The notes: generated by a model from the letters alone, not told the origin. A stretch of DNA of 64,000 bases from Bacillota bacterium (GCA_040766775.1 JAXGPT010000003.1:30098-94097); one strand, 5' to 3'; positions 33,523-44,605 are shown, numbered from the stretch's first letter. Made by a program: numbers and translations.

Positions 33523-34921
33523 TTATTTAAACTGCAGCGGAACGGATAAAACAATAGTGGTTCCTCTTCCCGGCCGGCTGTCGGCCGACACGTCCCACCC
33601 GTGCAGGTCGGCTATGCGTTTTACAATGGAGAGCCCCATGCCGTAGCCCTCTATTTCCCTGCTTCTTGAGGGCTCGCTCCTGTAAAACCCTTCAAAAATC
33701 CGGGGCAGGTCCTGCTCGGCAATGCCTATACCGTTGTCGGATATCTCCAGCCGGTAGGTGTCAAGGGTGCGGCAGTCGGTTATTTCGATTTTGTTTAGAG
33801 CCTTTGCCCTGTCCCGGTATTTGATGGAGTTGTCAATGACATTCACCAGCATCTCCCTCACCAGGTTTTTGTCACACGGGACCTTTATGTCCATGCGGGT
33901 TTTGTTTTCCAGTATTACGTTGTGGGAAGCGGCAAGGGGAGTCATAACCCTTACGGTGTCCGCTACAATGTCGGATAAAGTCAAGTGCTCCCTGTTCAGC
34001 CTTTCCTCCTCCAACCGTGTAAGAGTAAGAAGCCGGGATATCAGTATTGACAGCCTGTCCACCTCGCCTATCACATCTTCAAGGAACTCCCTGTATTTTT
34101 CTTCGGGGGCGTTACCCATGAGCAGCGCTTCCACCAGGGCCTTGATGGAGGCGAGGGGGGTCTTCAGTTCATGGGATACGTCCCCTATAAACCGGCGGCG
34201 ATTTTGTTCAATACGGTGAAGGTCCGCGCTCATTGTATTTATGGTATCCGCCAGCTGTCCTATTTCATCATTTCTTCTTATATTTACTTGTTCCCCGAGG
34301 CGGCCGTGGGACAGCCTTTTTCGAAAAGGCTATCAGTTTGTGTAGCGGCCGGGACAGGTGGTGGGCCGCGGCGAAGCTGAACAACATTCCCAGAAAGCCC
34401 GCCAGAAGGGAGGTTAGTATTACTCTCCAGCGTAGCGAGCGGTAGGAGGTATACAGGTCGCCTATATCGGCCGAAACCAGGACAGCGCCTATAACCTCCA
34501 GGCTGTCCCGGTCGCCCGTGGTGACCGGAACCGCCAGCTGCAAGTTTTTTTCCCCGTTGCCGTAGACAGCCCATGAGCTGCTGCCGGACAAAGCCTTCCT
34601 TACCTGCGGGTTTGTGAGAAGTTCCCCGGTATAATGGTTGCCGCCGTCGGAAATCACCACAGACCGGTTGTCTATAAGCAAAAACCTGGCCCCCGTGGTT
34701 TCGGTATACTGTTCGAGTGTCCGGGATATATAAAACACGTCGGAGGGGTTTGCGGACACCAGGTTTGCCGCAATGTTTCCATAGGTGAAATAGGTAATGG
34801 TTCTTTCCTGGAGCCTTGAACGGAAATAATCGCTTAAAATGAGTACATCCACCGCCGCTATAGTTATGAATATTATCAGGGTGTATACAACCATAAGTCT
34901 GGTTCTAAGACTATTAAACAT
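33523..34921 (-). pseudogene. sensor histidine kinase (TM-periplasmic-TM-HAMP-HisKA-HATPase), single 1-nt insertion
   Basis: The sensor half (34268-34921, MFNSLRTRLMVVY...) and the kinase half (33523-34233, FIGDVSHELKTPL...) are separated by a frameshift in the 5-nt T run at 34317-34321. Removing one base reads KLIAFSKRLSHGRLGEQVNIRRNDEIGQLADTINTM. Confidence 0.85.
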
Positions 34922-35603
34922 TGTCTTTGTCGCCCTTCCTGAAATAGTAACCGCTTCCCCATTTTGTAACAATATATACCGGGTTTGAGGGGTCGTCTTC
35001 AATTTTCTCCCGTATGTTTCTTATATGGACGTCAATTGTCCGCGTATCCAGTCCTTCTTCCCCCCATACCAGTTCAAACAGTTTTTCCCTGCTGAAAATC
35101 CTGCCCGGGTTTTTCATCAAAACCTCCAGCAGGCTGAACTCTTTGGCGGTTAGCGGCACTTCTCTACTGCCCACCCGGACTTTCTGAAGGTCGGTATCCA
35201 GTTCCAGCGGGCCCTGCACTATGCTGCCGGAGGCCTTTTTGCTTCCGTATACCCGCCGGTGTATTGCCCTTATGCGGGCTATAAGTTCCATGGTATTGAA
35301 GGGCTTGGTCACATAGTCGTCCGCCCCGGTGTCCAGCCCGGCTATCCTGTCAAGGTGGTGGTCCCGGGCGGTCAGCATAATAATGGGAACATCCGACCTT
35401 TCCCTGAATATCCGGCACAGCGACATCCCGTCAATCTGCGGCAGCATAAGGTCAAGGATTATAAAATCGTATTCATTGGCGTTGAATTTTGTCAGGGCTT
35501 CGCTGCCGCTATAGGCAGTATCAACATCAAAGCCTTGGAACTCCAGGCTGCTTTTTAAGCCCTTTACCAGCGATTTTTCATCGTCTATGAGCAGAATCTT
35601 CAC
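34914..35603 (-). CDS. OmpR-family response regulator
   Basis: GTG start 7 nt after AAGGAGGG: VKILLIDDEKSLVKGL...winged-helix C-terminus (VHIRNIREKIE..YIVTKWGSGY). Overlaps the kinase start by 8 nt. Confidence 0.92.
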   Translation of the reverse strand: MKILLIDDEKSLVKGLKSSLEFQGFDVDTAYSGSEALTKFNANEYDFIILDLMLPQIDGMSLCRIFRERSDVPIIMLTARDHHLDRIAGLDTGADDYVTKPFNTMELIARIRAIHRRVYGSKKASGSIVQGPLELDTDLQKVRVGSREVPLTAKEFSLLEVLMKNPGRIFSREKLFELVWGEEGLDTRTIDVHIRNIREKIEDDPSNPVYIVTKWGSGYYFRKGDKDNV

Positions 35604-35619
35604 GGTACAACCCTCCTTT

Positions 35620-35646
35620 GAAGCAAGGGGACGGTTCTTTTGCTTC
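35620..35646 (+). repeat. conserved-loop hairpin family copy (stem GAAGCAA/TTGCTTC, loop GGGGACGGTTCTT)
   Basis: Read on the plus strand. It lies in the 5' UTR of the minus-strand response-regulator gene, abutting its RBS. Confidence 0.7.
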
Positions 35647-35761
35647 CTTCCGCAGTTTCTTGACCCAGGGCCAACAGTGCGGTTCTCGCGGTTTTTTGTT
35701 AAGTATATTGTAACATAGTTTACCACAAGCAATTAACGTTTGGACAATTATTCCATTCCAT

Positions 35762-35782
35762 AAAAAAGTCCGCATAATGCGG
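35762..35782 (-). terminator. intrinsic terminator of the BON gene
   Basis: The minus strand reads CCGCA-TTA-TGCGG followed by ACTTTTTT. Confidence 0.65.
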
Positions 35783-35880
35783 CTGATAGAGTTAAGGTAA
35801 GCGAACAGGCTGCGCCTGCAGCCGCCGAAGGGCGGACGATGCTGTGAATGTGATGTGTTATGGGAAGAGGGAGTTCATTA

Positions 35881-36552
35881 TTAAGCCCTCGTATTTAGGC
35901 GGTTATGTACCTTCCTTATTCCTTCCACCCTTGATACCAGTTCCTCGGCCAGGGCGACCTCTTCCCTGTTTCTTACCCACCCTGACAGGGTTACATCACC
36001 GTTTCGTACATTGACGTCTATGTCCTGTTGGCTTAAATCCGCCGTGCTTAAGGCCTGCACCGCCCAACCGGTGAGCGTTGCGTCATCGTAAAGGCCCTCG
36101 TTTTCCACGCGCAGGTTGCTTACCACGTTTACTACGCCCCTTGTTGCCGCCGCCAAGCCCTCTGCCTGCTTGTTCTGGGCGTAATTGGCGGTGGTACCCA
36201 TGAGAACCGCGCTGCCGTCCCTCACGTTTACGCTCACCCTGTCAAGGTTTCCGTATCTTCCCGAATAAAGCTTGGCTTCCAGCTCCCTTTCTATGTGCCT
36301 GTCGGTTATATAGCCTTCGGTCCCGATGGTGATAGAGTTTGCCACCCGTTTCACCCCCGGCACTCCGGCGGCTATCCTTTCGGCGGTTATTCTTTCGGAC
36401 AGTACATCTACAAAGCCGGTAAGCTGAACCGAGCCGTCCTTTACATATATGTTGATGTCCAGGGCGCTTTCGTGCATTTCCTCCTCCAGGGCCCTTCTTA
36501 TACACTCGCCCAGAGTTTTGTCGGTTGATTTGCTCAATTTAATCCGCACCAC
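35881..36552 (-). CDS. BON domain-containing protein (three BON repeats)
   Basis: 223 aa with a repeated pattern V..G.V.L.G.V......A......GV..V.N. Confidence 0.8.
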   Translation of the reverse strand: MVRIKLSKSTDKTLGECIRRALEEEMHESALDINIYVKDGSVQLTGFVDVLSERITAERIAAGVPGVKRVANSITIGTEGYITDRHIERELEAKLYSGRYGNLDRVSVNVRDGSAVLMGTTANYAQNKQAEGLAAATRGVVNVVSNLRVENEGLYDDATLTGWAVQALSTADLSQQDIDVNVRNGDVTLSGWVRNREEVALAEELVSRVEGIRKVHNRLNTRA

Positions 36553-36787
36553 CTTTCACCGTTTAATATATTTTTTCCCTCAAGCAGAAAAATAACCCGT
36601 TATCCGGCGGCCCTTGGCAAAAAAATGGCGCAATCGGCGTATACCGTCCCATACCGGGATTAAAAAAATATATTTGTTGTATAATTAAAAGAAGGAGAAA
36701 TACACCAAGGGATAGAAAATATACTATGCAAAGTTTTTCAAACAGTTTGGGGTGTACGGCATGGCTGCACAGTTGAAGGAAATAATA

Positions 36788-37618
36788 ATGAGCATTACTC
36801 TATGGGATGTAATAGACATGGCGGTTATAGCCTATGTCTTTTACAAGCTTTTTATGCTTATCCGGGAAACCAGGGCGGAACAGCTAATAAAGGGCATTTT
36901 TGTTCTTATATTTGCCACCTGGGTTAGCGGGCCCAGCGGCTTTTTCCCGCTGTACACCGTGAACTGGCTTTTGCGAAACACGATGACGGTGGGGGTTATT
37001 GCGCTGCTTATAGTGTTCCAGCCCGAGCTGCGGAGGGCGCTGGAGTTCCTCGGCCGGGGCGGCATAATTCTTGGGAAGCCCTTGAACGAAGCCCTTGATA
37101 AGGAGACCAAGATTCTGATAGATGAAATTACGTCGGCGGTACAATCCCTTGCAAAGAAAAAAGTCGGCGCCCTTATAGTTCTCGAAAGGGAAACAGGCAT
37201 AGGAGAGTTTATGGAAACGGGCACGACAGTGGACGCTGTTGTTTCATCCCAACTGCTTCAGACCATATTCTCCACCAATACACCGCTGCATGACGGGGCT
37301 GTTGTTATCCGGGAAAAGAGGATAGCTTCGGCGGGATGTGTGCTGCCGCTTACCGAGAACCAGAGCCTGAGCAAGGAACTGGGTACCCGGCATAGGGCTG
37401 GCCTCGGCATTTCTGAACACTCCGACGCAATAGCCATAATAGTATCCGAGGAGACGGGCGTAATATCCACCGCAAAGGATGGCAGGCTGTCAAGGTACCT
37501 GGATGCAAAGACGCTTAAAGAGATGCTGACAAACCTGTACAAGCCCCAGGAGCAAAAGTACCGTGGTTTCCTGAAATGGAGGGTTAAGGATGTCGTGGAT
37601 GACAAACAAAAAGGTTAA
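36788..37618 (+). CDS. cdaA: diadenylate cyclase CdaA
   Basis: Three N-terminal TM helices and a DAC domain (NTPLHDGAVVIR, GTRHRAGLGISEHSDAIAIIVSEETG). ATG at 36788 follows GAAGGA; the tracked ORF starts at GTG 36752. Confidence 0.93.
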   Translation: MSITLWDVIDMAVIAYVFYKLFMLIRETRAEQLIKGIFVLIFATWVSGPSGFFPLYTVNWLLRNTMTVGVIALLIVFQPELRRALEFLGRGGIILGKPLNEALDKETKILIDEITSAVQSLAKKKVGALIVLERETGIGEFMETGTTVDAVVSSQLLQTIFSTNTPLHDGAVVIREKRIASAGCVLPLTENQSLSKELGTRHRAGLGISEHSDAIAIIVSEETGVISTAKDGRLSRYLDAKTLKEMLTNLYKPQEQKYRGFLKWRVKDVVDDKQKG

Positions 37619-38822
37619 TACCCGCATAATATCCGTCCTGTTTGCGGTGGCCCTCTGGCTGTATGTTGCCAGCGAGCAGAACCCCACCGAGTACAAGAGT
37701 ATAAAAGACGTTCCGGTGAGGCTTATAAACACTGAGACCGTGGCTGCATCGGGGCTTGTTATAAAAGACCCCCAGCAGCATAAGGTGGACGTTAATATCC
37801 AGGGCAAGCGAAGTGTCCTGGCCGAGATAAAATCAGGCGATATATTAGCCGAGGCCGACCTTAGGGGATACACCCAAAGGGGCGTTAATAACGTGCCGGT
37901 GGAAATAAGGGGACTGCCCTCCAATATCGAACTGGTGGATTTCAATCCGAAGACCATCAAGGTGAACATGGAGCAGATATCCAGCGTACAGGTACCGGTT
38001 ACGCTGGCTACCGAAGGGAAACCCATGGAGGGTTATACTGCCCTGCCGCCGGTGATTACACCGGGAGAGGTATTGGTAAACGGTCCCGAAAGCGTGCTTG
38101 GAAGCGTAAGGGTGCTGACGGCGGTTATGAAATTGTCGGGGGCGTCTGCCGACCTTAGGGAAGTGCTGGCGGTTAAAGCGGTGGATGCCGATAACAATAG
38201 CATCGCCGGGGTTACGGTTAACCCCAGTACCGTTGAGGTAACCATTCCGATTAGGAAAACAAAGACGGTAAGAATAGAGCCGGTGATGGTAGGCCAGCCC
38301 GCCGCTGACTGGGAGATAACAGAGACCTCCCTAAGCAGGGATACCATCCTTATATACGGCGAAGAAACGGTGCTGCAGTCAATAGAATCAATAAAAACAG
38401 AACCGGTTTCACTGGCCGGCATGGACAAAAACACCAGCATCAGCGTAAGGTTAATAATGCCGGAAGGAGCTGCGCCGGTTGATAATATCAGCTCGGTAAC
38501 GGTATACGTAAGAGGAGTAAAAACAATCAATAGAGATATTACGATAGAAAGAGTCAACTTCACCGGCATGGATGAAGGCTTAAGGCTTTCGGATGAAACA
38601 ACCGTTCCTTCCATCCGTGTTACCGTTCGGGGCAGGGAAGATATTGTAAGCAGGCTGACCGAAGACGACATAACGGTAACTGCCAACCTGGAGGGACTTG
38701 GCCAGGGGAAACACAGCGTTGCACTGGAAGTTAAGCTGCCGGAGGATGTTCAGCTTATTGCGGTAACGCCGGTGCGGGTGGACATAGAGTTGACAGCTCC
38801 GGATGAGGAGGAAGGGCAGTAA
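37590..38822 (+). CDS. cdaR: CdaA regulator CdaR (YbbR-domain repeats)
   Basis: 410 aa with an N-terminal TM and repeated YbbR-like beta domains. Overlaps and follows cdaA. Confidence 0.88.
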   Translation: MSWMTNKKVNTRIISVLFAVALWLYVASEQNPTEYKSIKDVPVRLINTETVAASGLVIKDPQQHKVDVNIQGKRSVLAEIKSGDILAEADLRGYTQRGVNNVPVEIRGLPSNIELVDFNPKTIKVNMEQISSVQVPVTLATEGKPMEGYTALPPVITPGEVLVNGPESVLGSVRVLTAVMKLSGASADLREVLAVKAVDADNNSIAGVTVNPSTVEVTIPIRKTKTVRIEPVMVGQPAADWEITETSLSRDTILIYGEETVLQSIESIKTEPVSLAGMDKNTSISVRLIMPEGAAPVDNISSVTVYVRGVKTINRDITIERVNFTGMDEGLRLSDETTVPSIRVTVRGREDIVSRLTEDDITVTANLEGLGQGKHSVALEVKLPEDVQLIAVTPVRVDIELTAPDEEEGQ

Positions 38823-38838
38823 AGTTGGGGGTGAATTA

Positions 38839-40569
38839 ATGCTTGGCAGGGAGCTTGAGGTTATCCTGAATTCCACCCACGATGCCATGATTGCGGTGGA
38901 CAAAAACGGGGTTATAACCTTATTCAACAGGGCCGCCGAAAAGCTTACCGGGGTTAAAAGTGAGGACGCCCTGGGCAAACCGGTCCTGGAAGTTATTGAG
39001 AATTCCCGACTGCCCAACGTTTTGGAAACCGGTGTTGCAGAATTAAACAGGGAGCAGCCGCTGCGAAACACCAGGATAATAACCAACAGGATGCCGGTAA
39101 GGGACGAGCAGGGTAATATAATCGGTGCCGTGGCGGTATTCAGGGATATAAGCGAAATCCAGCAGCTCGCGGAACAGGTTACCAACCTCAAGGAAATCCA
39201 AAGCATGTTGGAAGCCATTTTCAATTCCACCCAGGACGCCATATCGGTGGTGGACCAATACGGCATGGGGGTGATGGTAAACCCGGCCTATACACGGCTT
39301 ACAGGACTGTCCGGCAAGGATGTAATAGGAAAACCGGCCACGGTGGACATCGCCGAAGGGGAGAGCATTCATTTTAAGGTGCTGGAAACCGGAAAGCCTG
39401 TAAAGGGTGCAAGGCTTAAAGTAGGTCCTTCCAGGAAAGAGGTCATCGTGGACGCGGCGCCCATAGTGGTGGACGGGGAACTAAGGGGAAGTGTGGGCGT
39501 AATCCATGACATATCCGAGATAAAAAAGCTTACCGAGGAACTGAACCAGGCCAAGCAGATAATTAGGAAGCTGGAGGCCAAGTATACCTTTGAAGATATA
39601 GTAAGCATTAACCCCAGGATGAAGGAAATTATAGACAAGGCAAAAAAAGCTGCCCTAACTCCTGCCACGGTACTCCTGCAGGGGGAAAGCGGTACCGGTA
39701 AGGAACTGTTTGCCCATGCCATACACAATGCCAGTGGAAGGAAGTTCAACCAGTTTGTGCGGGTTAACTGTGCCGCCCTGTCGGAATCCCTTTTGGAATC
39801 CGAACTGTTCGGTTACGAGGAGGGGGCCTTCACCGGGGCAAAGAAGGGCGGCAAAAAGGGCCTGTTCGAGGTGGCCAGCGGCGGAACCATATTCCTTGAC
39901 GAAATAGGAGAAATAAATTCTGGGATCCAGGCAAAGCTTTTAAGGGTGATTCAAGAGAAGGAAATAATCCGGGTGGGGGGGACCAATTCCATACCAGTGG
40001 ACGTGCGTGTAATATCCGCCACCAATATTGACCTGGAGGAGGCCATGCAGCAGGGAAGATTCAGGGAGGACCTGTATTACCGCCTTAACGTTATACCCCT
40101 TAAGATTCCTCCCCTAAGGGAAAGGAAGGAAGATATTTATCACCTGGCGCTACACATAGTACGGAAGTTCAACCAGGACTATGGAAGAAGCATACAGGAC
40201 ATTTCGGCCGAGGCCCGGGAAAGGCTTCTGGAATACGACTGGCCTGGCAACATTAGGGAATTGGAAAACTTCATAGGCCGTGCCATAATCAATATGAAGT
40301 TTAACGATACCATAATTCTTGAGGAGCATCTTCCCAGGATAAGTGAAAGGAAAACCGGCAGGCCGGACGCGGAGGGGGAAATGTATACCCCGGGAGAGGT
40401 GGATACATCCATGCCGCTTAACAGGGTATTGGACGACACCGAGCGGGAATATATAAAAAAGGTGCTGAGGGAAACGAAATACAACAAAACCCGGGCGGCA
40501 AAAAAAATGGGCATATCCATAAGGAACCTTTATTACAAGATTGATAAGTACAAATTGGATATGCAATAA
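38839..40569 (+). CDS. sigma-54-dependent transcriptional activator with N-terminal PAS domains
   Basis: AAA+ core GESGTGKELFAHAIH with the GAFTGA loop (EEGAFTGA) and a C-terminal Fis-type HTH (KYNKTRAAKKMGISIRNLYYKI). ATG at 38839. Confidence 0.92.
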   Translation: MLGRELEVILNSTHDAMIAVDKNGVITLFNRAAEKLTGVKSEDALGKPVLEVIENSRLPNVLETGVAELNREQPLRNTRIITNRMPVRDEQGNIIGAVAVFRDISEIQQLAEQVTNLKEIQSMLEAIFNSTQDAISVVDQYGMGVMVNPAYTRLTGLSGKDVIGKPATVDIAEGESIHFKVLETGKPVKGARLKVGPSRKEVIVDAAPIVVDGELRGSVGVIHDISEIKKLTEELNQAKQIIRKLEAKYTFEDIVSINPRMKEIIDKAKKAALTPATVLLQGESGTGKELFAHAIHNASGRKFNQFVRVNCAALSESLLESELFGYEEGAFTGAKKGGKKGLFEVASGGTIFLDEIGEINSGIQAKLLRVIQEKEIIRVGGTNSIPVDVRVISATNIDLEEAMQQGRFREDLYYRLNVIPLKIPPLRERKEDIYHLALHIVRKFNQDYGRSIQDISAEARERLLEYDWPGNIRELENFIGRAIINMKFNDTIILEEHLPRISERKTGRPDAEGEMYTPGEVDTSMPLNRVLDDTEREYIKKVLRETKYNKTRAAKKMGISIRNLYYKIDKYKLDMQ

Positions 40570-40591
40570 ACTGCGCATAAACTTGCGTCAT

Positions 40592-40619
40592 TGCAAGATA
40601 ATGCATGCAAGATACTGCA
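40592..40619 (+). promoter_or_regulatory. candidate enhancer (UAS): tandem 14-mers TGCAAGATAATGCA TGCAAGATACTGCA
   Basis: Two abutting TGCA-N6-TGCA units lie about 150 nt upstream of the sigma-54 promoter. Confidence 0.4.
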
Positions 40620-40762
40620 AACAGCCCGCTGCAAAAACACGGGTGTGAAGGATTACGGTCTAAATGCTGCTTTTTTAGGCCGTTTTTTATTTGCAGGCCG
40701 GTTGGGGATTAAACCTGTCGATAAATGCGAATAATATTCCAGCGGGAAAAAACCGGATTAAT

Positions 40763-40778
40763 TGGCACGGATTTTGCG
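40763..40778 (+). promoter_or_regulatory. sigma-54 (-24/-12) promoter TGGCACGgattTTGCg
   Basis: TGGCAC at 40763-40768 and TTGC at 40774-40777, with exact consensus spacing. It lies 37 nt upstream of the buk ATG and follows a sigma-54 activator gene. Confidence 0.85.
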
Positions 40779-40814
40779 TATTTAAAGTCTGAGAAATTAT
40801 AAAGGAGGGAAAGG

Positions 40815-41909
40815 ATGAAAGCGCAGAAATACATTCTTACAATAAACCCGGGTTCCACGTCCACAAAGGTGTCACTCTTTATGGACAGGCAGAATGTGCA
40901 ACAAAAGAATCTTTCCCACTCGACGGAGGAACTGGAAAAGTTTGACGAAGTGGTGGACCAGTACCAGTACAGGCTGGATATCATCTTAGAATGGCTTAGG
41001 GAAACCGGTACCGACATTGATTCCCTGGACGCCGTTGTAGGAAGGGGAGGCTTACTGGCTCCGATACCCGGCGGGACTTACAAGGTTACCCCCACGATGA
41101 TAGATGACCTTAAGAAGGCGGTTAGGGGAGAGCATGCTTCGAACCTCGGAGCACTTCTGGCAAAGGGCATTGCCGACCGTGCGGGGGTACCGGCATATAT
41201 TGTGGACCCGGTGTCGGTGGACGAATTTGATGATATAGCAAGGATATCCGGTCTTCCGGAACTGCCAAGAAGAACCCACAGTCACGCGTTAAACATAAAG
41301 GCGGTAGCACACAGGGTAGCCAAGGAAGAGGGCAAGCCCCTCACCGACCTTAGGCTTATTATGGTCCATCTGGGCGGAGGTATATCCATAGCACCGGTTA
41401 TGGATGGAAGGATGATTGATGTAAACGGTGCGAACGACCAAGGGCCCTTTTCGCCCGAAAGGGCGGGAGGCGTGCCCACCGGAGCCCTTGTAAAGGTCGC
41501 ATACTCGGGCAAATATAGTCATATGGAACTTAAGAAAAAAGTTATAGGAAAGGCGGGCCTTGTGGGCTATCTTGGCACCAACGATGCAAGGGAAGTAGAA
41601 AAAATGATAGAGCAGGGCGATCAAAGGGCGGCCCTTGTGTTCAGGGCAATGGCATACCAGATAGCAAAGGAGATAGGAGCCATGGCCACCGTGTTGAAGG
41701 GTAAAGTGGACTACATAGTGCTGACCGGCGGCCTCGCCCATTCCGAAAGATTGGTCTCGATGATTACAGGAATGATAGGTTTTATAGCCCCGGTTAAAGT
41801 CCATGCCGGGGAGGACGAAATGCGTGCCCTTGCCGAAGGTGCTTACAGGGTTCTTAACGGCGAGGAGAAAGCCAAGATATATGAAGAAGAGGTGAAACAG
41901 ATTGATTAA
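40815..41909 (+). CDS. buk: butyrate (branched-chain acyl) kinase
   Basis: 364 aa: [19 protein letters not shown] and HLGGGISI motifs of the butyrate kinase family. Confidence 0.92.
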   Translation: MKAQKYILTINPGSTSTKVSLFMDRQNVQQKNLSHSTEELEKFDEVVDQYQYRLDIILEWLRETGTDIDSLDAVVGRGGLLAPIPGGTYKVTPTMIDDLKKAVRGEHASNLGALLAKGIADRAGVPAYIVDPVSVDEFDDIARISGLPELPRRTHSHALNIKAVAHRVAKEEGKPLTDLRLIMVHLGGGISIAPVMDGRMIDVNGANDQGPFSPERAGGVPTGALVKVAYSGKYSHMELKKKVIGKAGLVGYLGTNDAREVEKMIEQGDQRAALVFRAMAYQIAKEIGAMATVLKGKVDYIVLTGGLAHSERLVSMITGMIGFIAPVKVHAGEDEMRALAEGAYRVLNGEEKAKIYEEEVKQID

Positions 41910-42801
41910 GAGTTTTGCGGAGGTTATTAAGAGCGCGAGGGAAAGGGGGCCCAAAACCATTGCCGTTGCAGTGGCCCAGGATGCCGATGTGCTGAACGCA
42001 GTAAGCCGAGCACACCGGGAAGGAATAGCCAACTCAATCCTGGTGGGGGACAAGGAAGAAATACTAAGCATAGCCGCACAGCAGGGCATCGACATTGAGG
42101 GGTTCGAAATAATGGACCAACCGGATAAGGCGACGGCCTGCCAAAGGGCGGTGGAACTGGTGAGCACAGGCAGGGCGGACATTGTAATGAAGGGCCTGGT
42201 GGATACATCCATAATACTCAAGGCGGTACTGGCCGATGAGTCCCTGAGAGGCCAGAATGTACTAAGCCACGTGGGAGTGGCGGAGGTTAATGGATATGAC
42301 AGGCTATTGGTATTCAGTGACGCGGCAATGATTATTGCCCCGGACCTTGGACAAAAAGCCCAAATACTGGAGAATGCGGTGAAGGCTGCCAGGGCGCTGG
42401 ATATTGATAATCCAAAGGTTGCAATAGTGTGCGCCGTTGAAAAGGTAAATCCCAAGATGCCGGCCACGCTGGACGCGCAGGAATTGGTAAAAATGAACCA
42501 GGAAGGCAGGATAAAGGACTGCATGGTGGGGGGACCCTTTGCGCTGGACAATGCTGTGTCTGTGGAGGCTGCAAAGCATAAGGGAATAGAACACCCCGTT
42601 GCGGGAAGAGCCGACGTATTAATCGTTCCCGACATTGAAGCGGGCAATATACTGTACAAGTCCTTTGTGTATTTTGCCAGGGCAAAAAATGCCGGTGTGA
42701 TAGTAGGCGCCAAGGTGCCCATAGTTCTTACCTCAAGGGCGGATAACGAGGAAGCGAAGCTCAATTCCATTGCCCTTGCGGTACTTATGGCAAACAAATA
42801 A
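41902..42801 (+). CDS. ptb: phosphate butyryltransferase
   Basis: 299 aa with TTG start, PTA_PTB family ([20 protein letters not shown]). Confidence 0.9.
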   Translation: MIKSFAEVIKSARERGPKTIAVAVAQDADVLNAVSRAHREGIANSILVGDKEEILSIAAQQGIDIEGFEIMDQPDKATACQRAVELVSTGRADIVMKGLVDTSIILKAVLADESLRGQNVLSHVGVAEVNGYDRLLVFSDAAMIIAPDLGQKAQILENAVKAARALDIDNPKVAIVCAVEKVNPKMPATLDAQELVKMNQEGRIKDCMVGGPFALDNAVSVEAAKHKGIEHPVAGRADVLIVPDIEAGNILYKSFVYFARAKNAGVIVGAKVPIVLTSRADNEEAKLNSIALAVLMANK

Positions 42802-42815
42802 AGCGAGGTGAGAAT

Positions 42816-43892
42816 ATGAACGAGGTATTCAGGCTGCTTGTAATAAATCCGGGTTCCACTTCAACCAAAATTGCCATATTTGATAACGAAAAGCCGGTTT
42901 TTGAGGAAGTAATAAGGCACACTTCGGAAGAACTGGCTCCGTACCCCACCATATTCAGCCAGTATCAGTTCAGGAAGGAAATAATACTGGAAACTTTAAA
43001 CAAGAAGGATATTAACCTTACAAAACTGAGCGCCGTGGTAGGCAGGGGAGGGCTTTTGCATCCCATTCCCAGTGGTACCTACGAGGTAAACGACAAGATG
43101 ATTGAGGATTTAAGGCTGGGTCTTTTCGGCCAGCACGCGTCAAGCCTGGGAGGAGTACTGGCAAGGGAGATTGCATCTCAGCTCAATATCCCGTCCTATA
43201 TAGTGGACCCGGTGGTGGTGGACGAGCTGGAGGACGTGGCAAGGATTTCCGGGGTGCCGGAAATAGAAAGGATATCCATTTTCCATGCCCTGAACCAGAA
43301 GGCTGTGGCAAGAAGGGCTGCCAGGGACCTGGGCAAACCCTATGAAGAGCTGAACCTGATTGTGAACCATATAGGCGGTGGCATTTCAGTAGGAGCCCAT
43401 AAGAAGGGTAGGGTGGTGGACGTCAACAACGCTTTGAATGGCGAAGGGCCCTTTTCCCCCGAGAGGGCGGGGACCCTGCCTACAGAAGGACTTATTAAAC
43501 TATGCTATTCAGGTCGTTATACGCTGGACGAGATGAAGAAAAAGATTGCCGGCAAAGGAGGCCTGGTTGCACACCTGAAAACCAACGACGCCAGGGAAGT
43601 GGAAAGAATGATTGAAGGCGGCGACAAACATGCGGAGCTTATCTACCGCGCAATGGCATACCAGATTGCCAAGGAGATAGGGGCTTGTGCAGCCGTATTG
43701 GAAGGCAAGGTGGATGCCATAGTACTCACAGGGGGTATAGCCCACAGCAAGATGCTGACCGGATGGATAATAGAAAGGGTGGAATTTATAGCCCCGGTAC
43801 TTGTTTACCCGGGTGAGGACGAGATGACAGCCCTTGCCGAGGGAGGCCTCAGGGTGTTAAGAGGCGAAGAAAAGGCAAAACAATACCAATAA
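42816..43892 (+). CDS. buk: butyrate kinase, second paralog
   Basis: 358 aa with the same motifs ([20 protein letters not shown]). Clearly diverged from the first copy. Confidence 0.92.
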   Translation: MNEVFRLLVINPGSTSTKIAIFDNEKPVFEEVIRHTSEELAPYPTIFSQYQFRKEIILETLNKKDINLTKLSAVVGRGGLLHPIPSGTYEVNDKMIEDLRLGLFGQHASSLGGVLAREIASQLNIPSYIVDPVVVDELEDVARISGVPEIERISIFHALNQKAVARRAARDLGKPYEELNLIVNHIGGGISVGAHKKGRVVDVNNALNGEGPFSPERAGTLPTEGLIKLCYSGRYTLDEMKKKIAGKGGLVAHLKTNDAREVERMIEGGDKHAELIYRAMAYQIAKEIGACAAVLEGKVDAIVLTGGIAHSKMLTGWIIERVEFIAPVLVYPGEDEMTALAEGGLRVLRGEEKAKQYQ

Positions 43893-43907
43893 AAGGACTG
43901 GTAGCTC

Positions 43908-44579
43908 ATGCTGGAAGACAAAAGAATAAGGATTGTAACCGGCCATTACGGCAGCGGCAAGACAGAGTTCGCGGTAAACTATGCAATTAACTTGGCAAAG
44001 TCCGGTGAAAAAGCCGCCATTGCGGACCTGGACATTGTGAACCCCTATTTTCGCTCCAGGGAGGAAAAGGGCCGTATGGAGAGGCTCGGGATACGGGTGG
44101 TGGCGCCGGAGGGTAAGTTTATAAACGCCGATGTACCGGCACTGCCTGCCGATATTAACACCCTTTTGCAGGATGAAAGCTACCAGGTGGTGCTGGACGT
44201 CGGGGGAGACGCGGCGGGGGCCCGGGCCCTGGGACGGTATTATCCCTACCTTAAGGATGCCGACTATGACATGTTCATAGTGGTAAACGCCAACCGTCCC
44301 AACACCGCAAGTCCCGAAGCGGTTATTGAATACATTGAGGATATAGAAAGGGCGGCCAGGATTCGCGCTACCGGCCTTGTTAACAACACCCACATGCTGC
44401 GGGAGACCACCGTGGAAGACGTGCTTAGGGGGCAGCGGGTGGTGGAAGAGGTTTCACGGCAAAAAGACCTGCCGGTGAAATATATATGCGCCATTGAAAG
44501 GATAGCCGGTCAAATCCCGGCGGGTTTGACAGGTGAGGTTTTTCCCATCAAAATGTATATGCGACCCGAGTGGTTGTAA
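43908..44579 (+). CDS. uncharacterized P-loop NTPase (MinD/CooC-like fold)
   Basis: 223 aa with deviant Walker A GHYGSGKT and DLDIVNP. Sits between buk and the oxidoreductase genes. Confidence 0.7.
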   Translation: MLEDKRIRIVTGHYGSGKTEFAVNYAINLAKSGEKAAIADLDIVNPYFRSREEKGRMERLGIRVVAPEGKFINADVPALPADINTLLQDESYQVVLDVGGDAAGARALGRYYPYLKDADYDMFIVVNANRPNTASPEAVIEYIEDIERAARIRATGLVNNTHMLRETTVEDVLRGQRVVEEVSRQKDLPVKYICAIERIAGQIPAGLTGEVFPIKMYMRPEWL

Positions 44580-44605
44580 TTTCAGCGAAAAAAGGAGGGT
44601 TGTTC

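Noticed and set aside
41289-42797. 502-aa ORF on the minus strand, plus similar long antisense ORFs at 16767-17654, 29436-30206, 43857-44393, 532-1236 and 38033-39266.
   Set aside because: They lie exactly antisense to well-identified genes (buk/ptb, adk, amrA, fusA, cdaR). They have low-complexity Ser/Pro/Ala/Thr-rich translations, no RBS and no recognisable family. These are shadow ORFs, as is typical opposite codon-biased genes.
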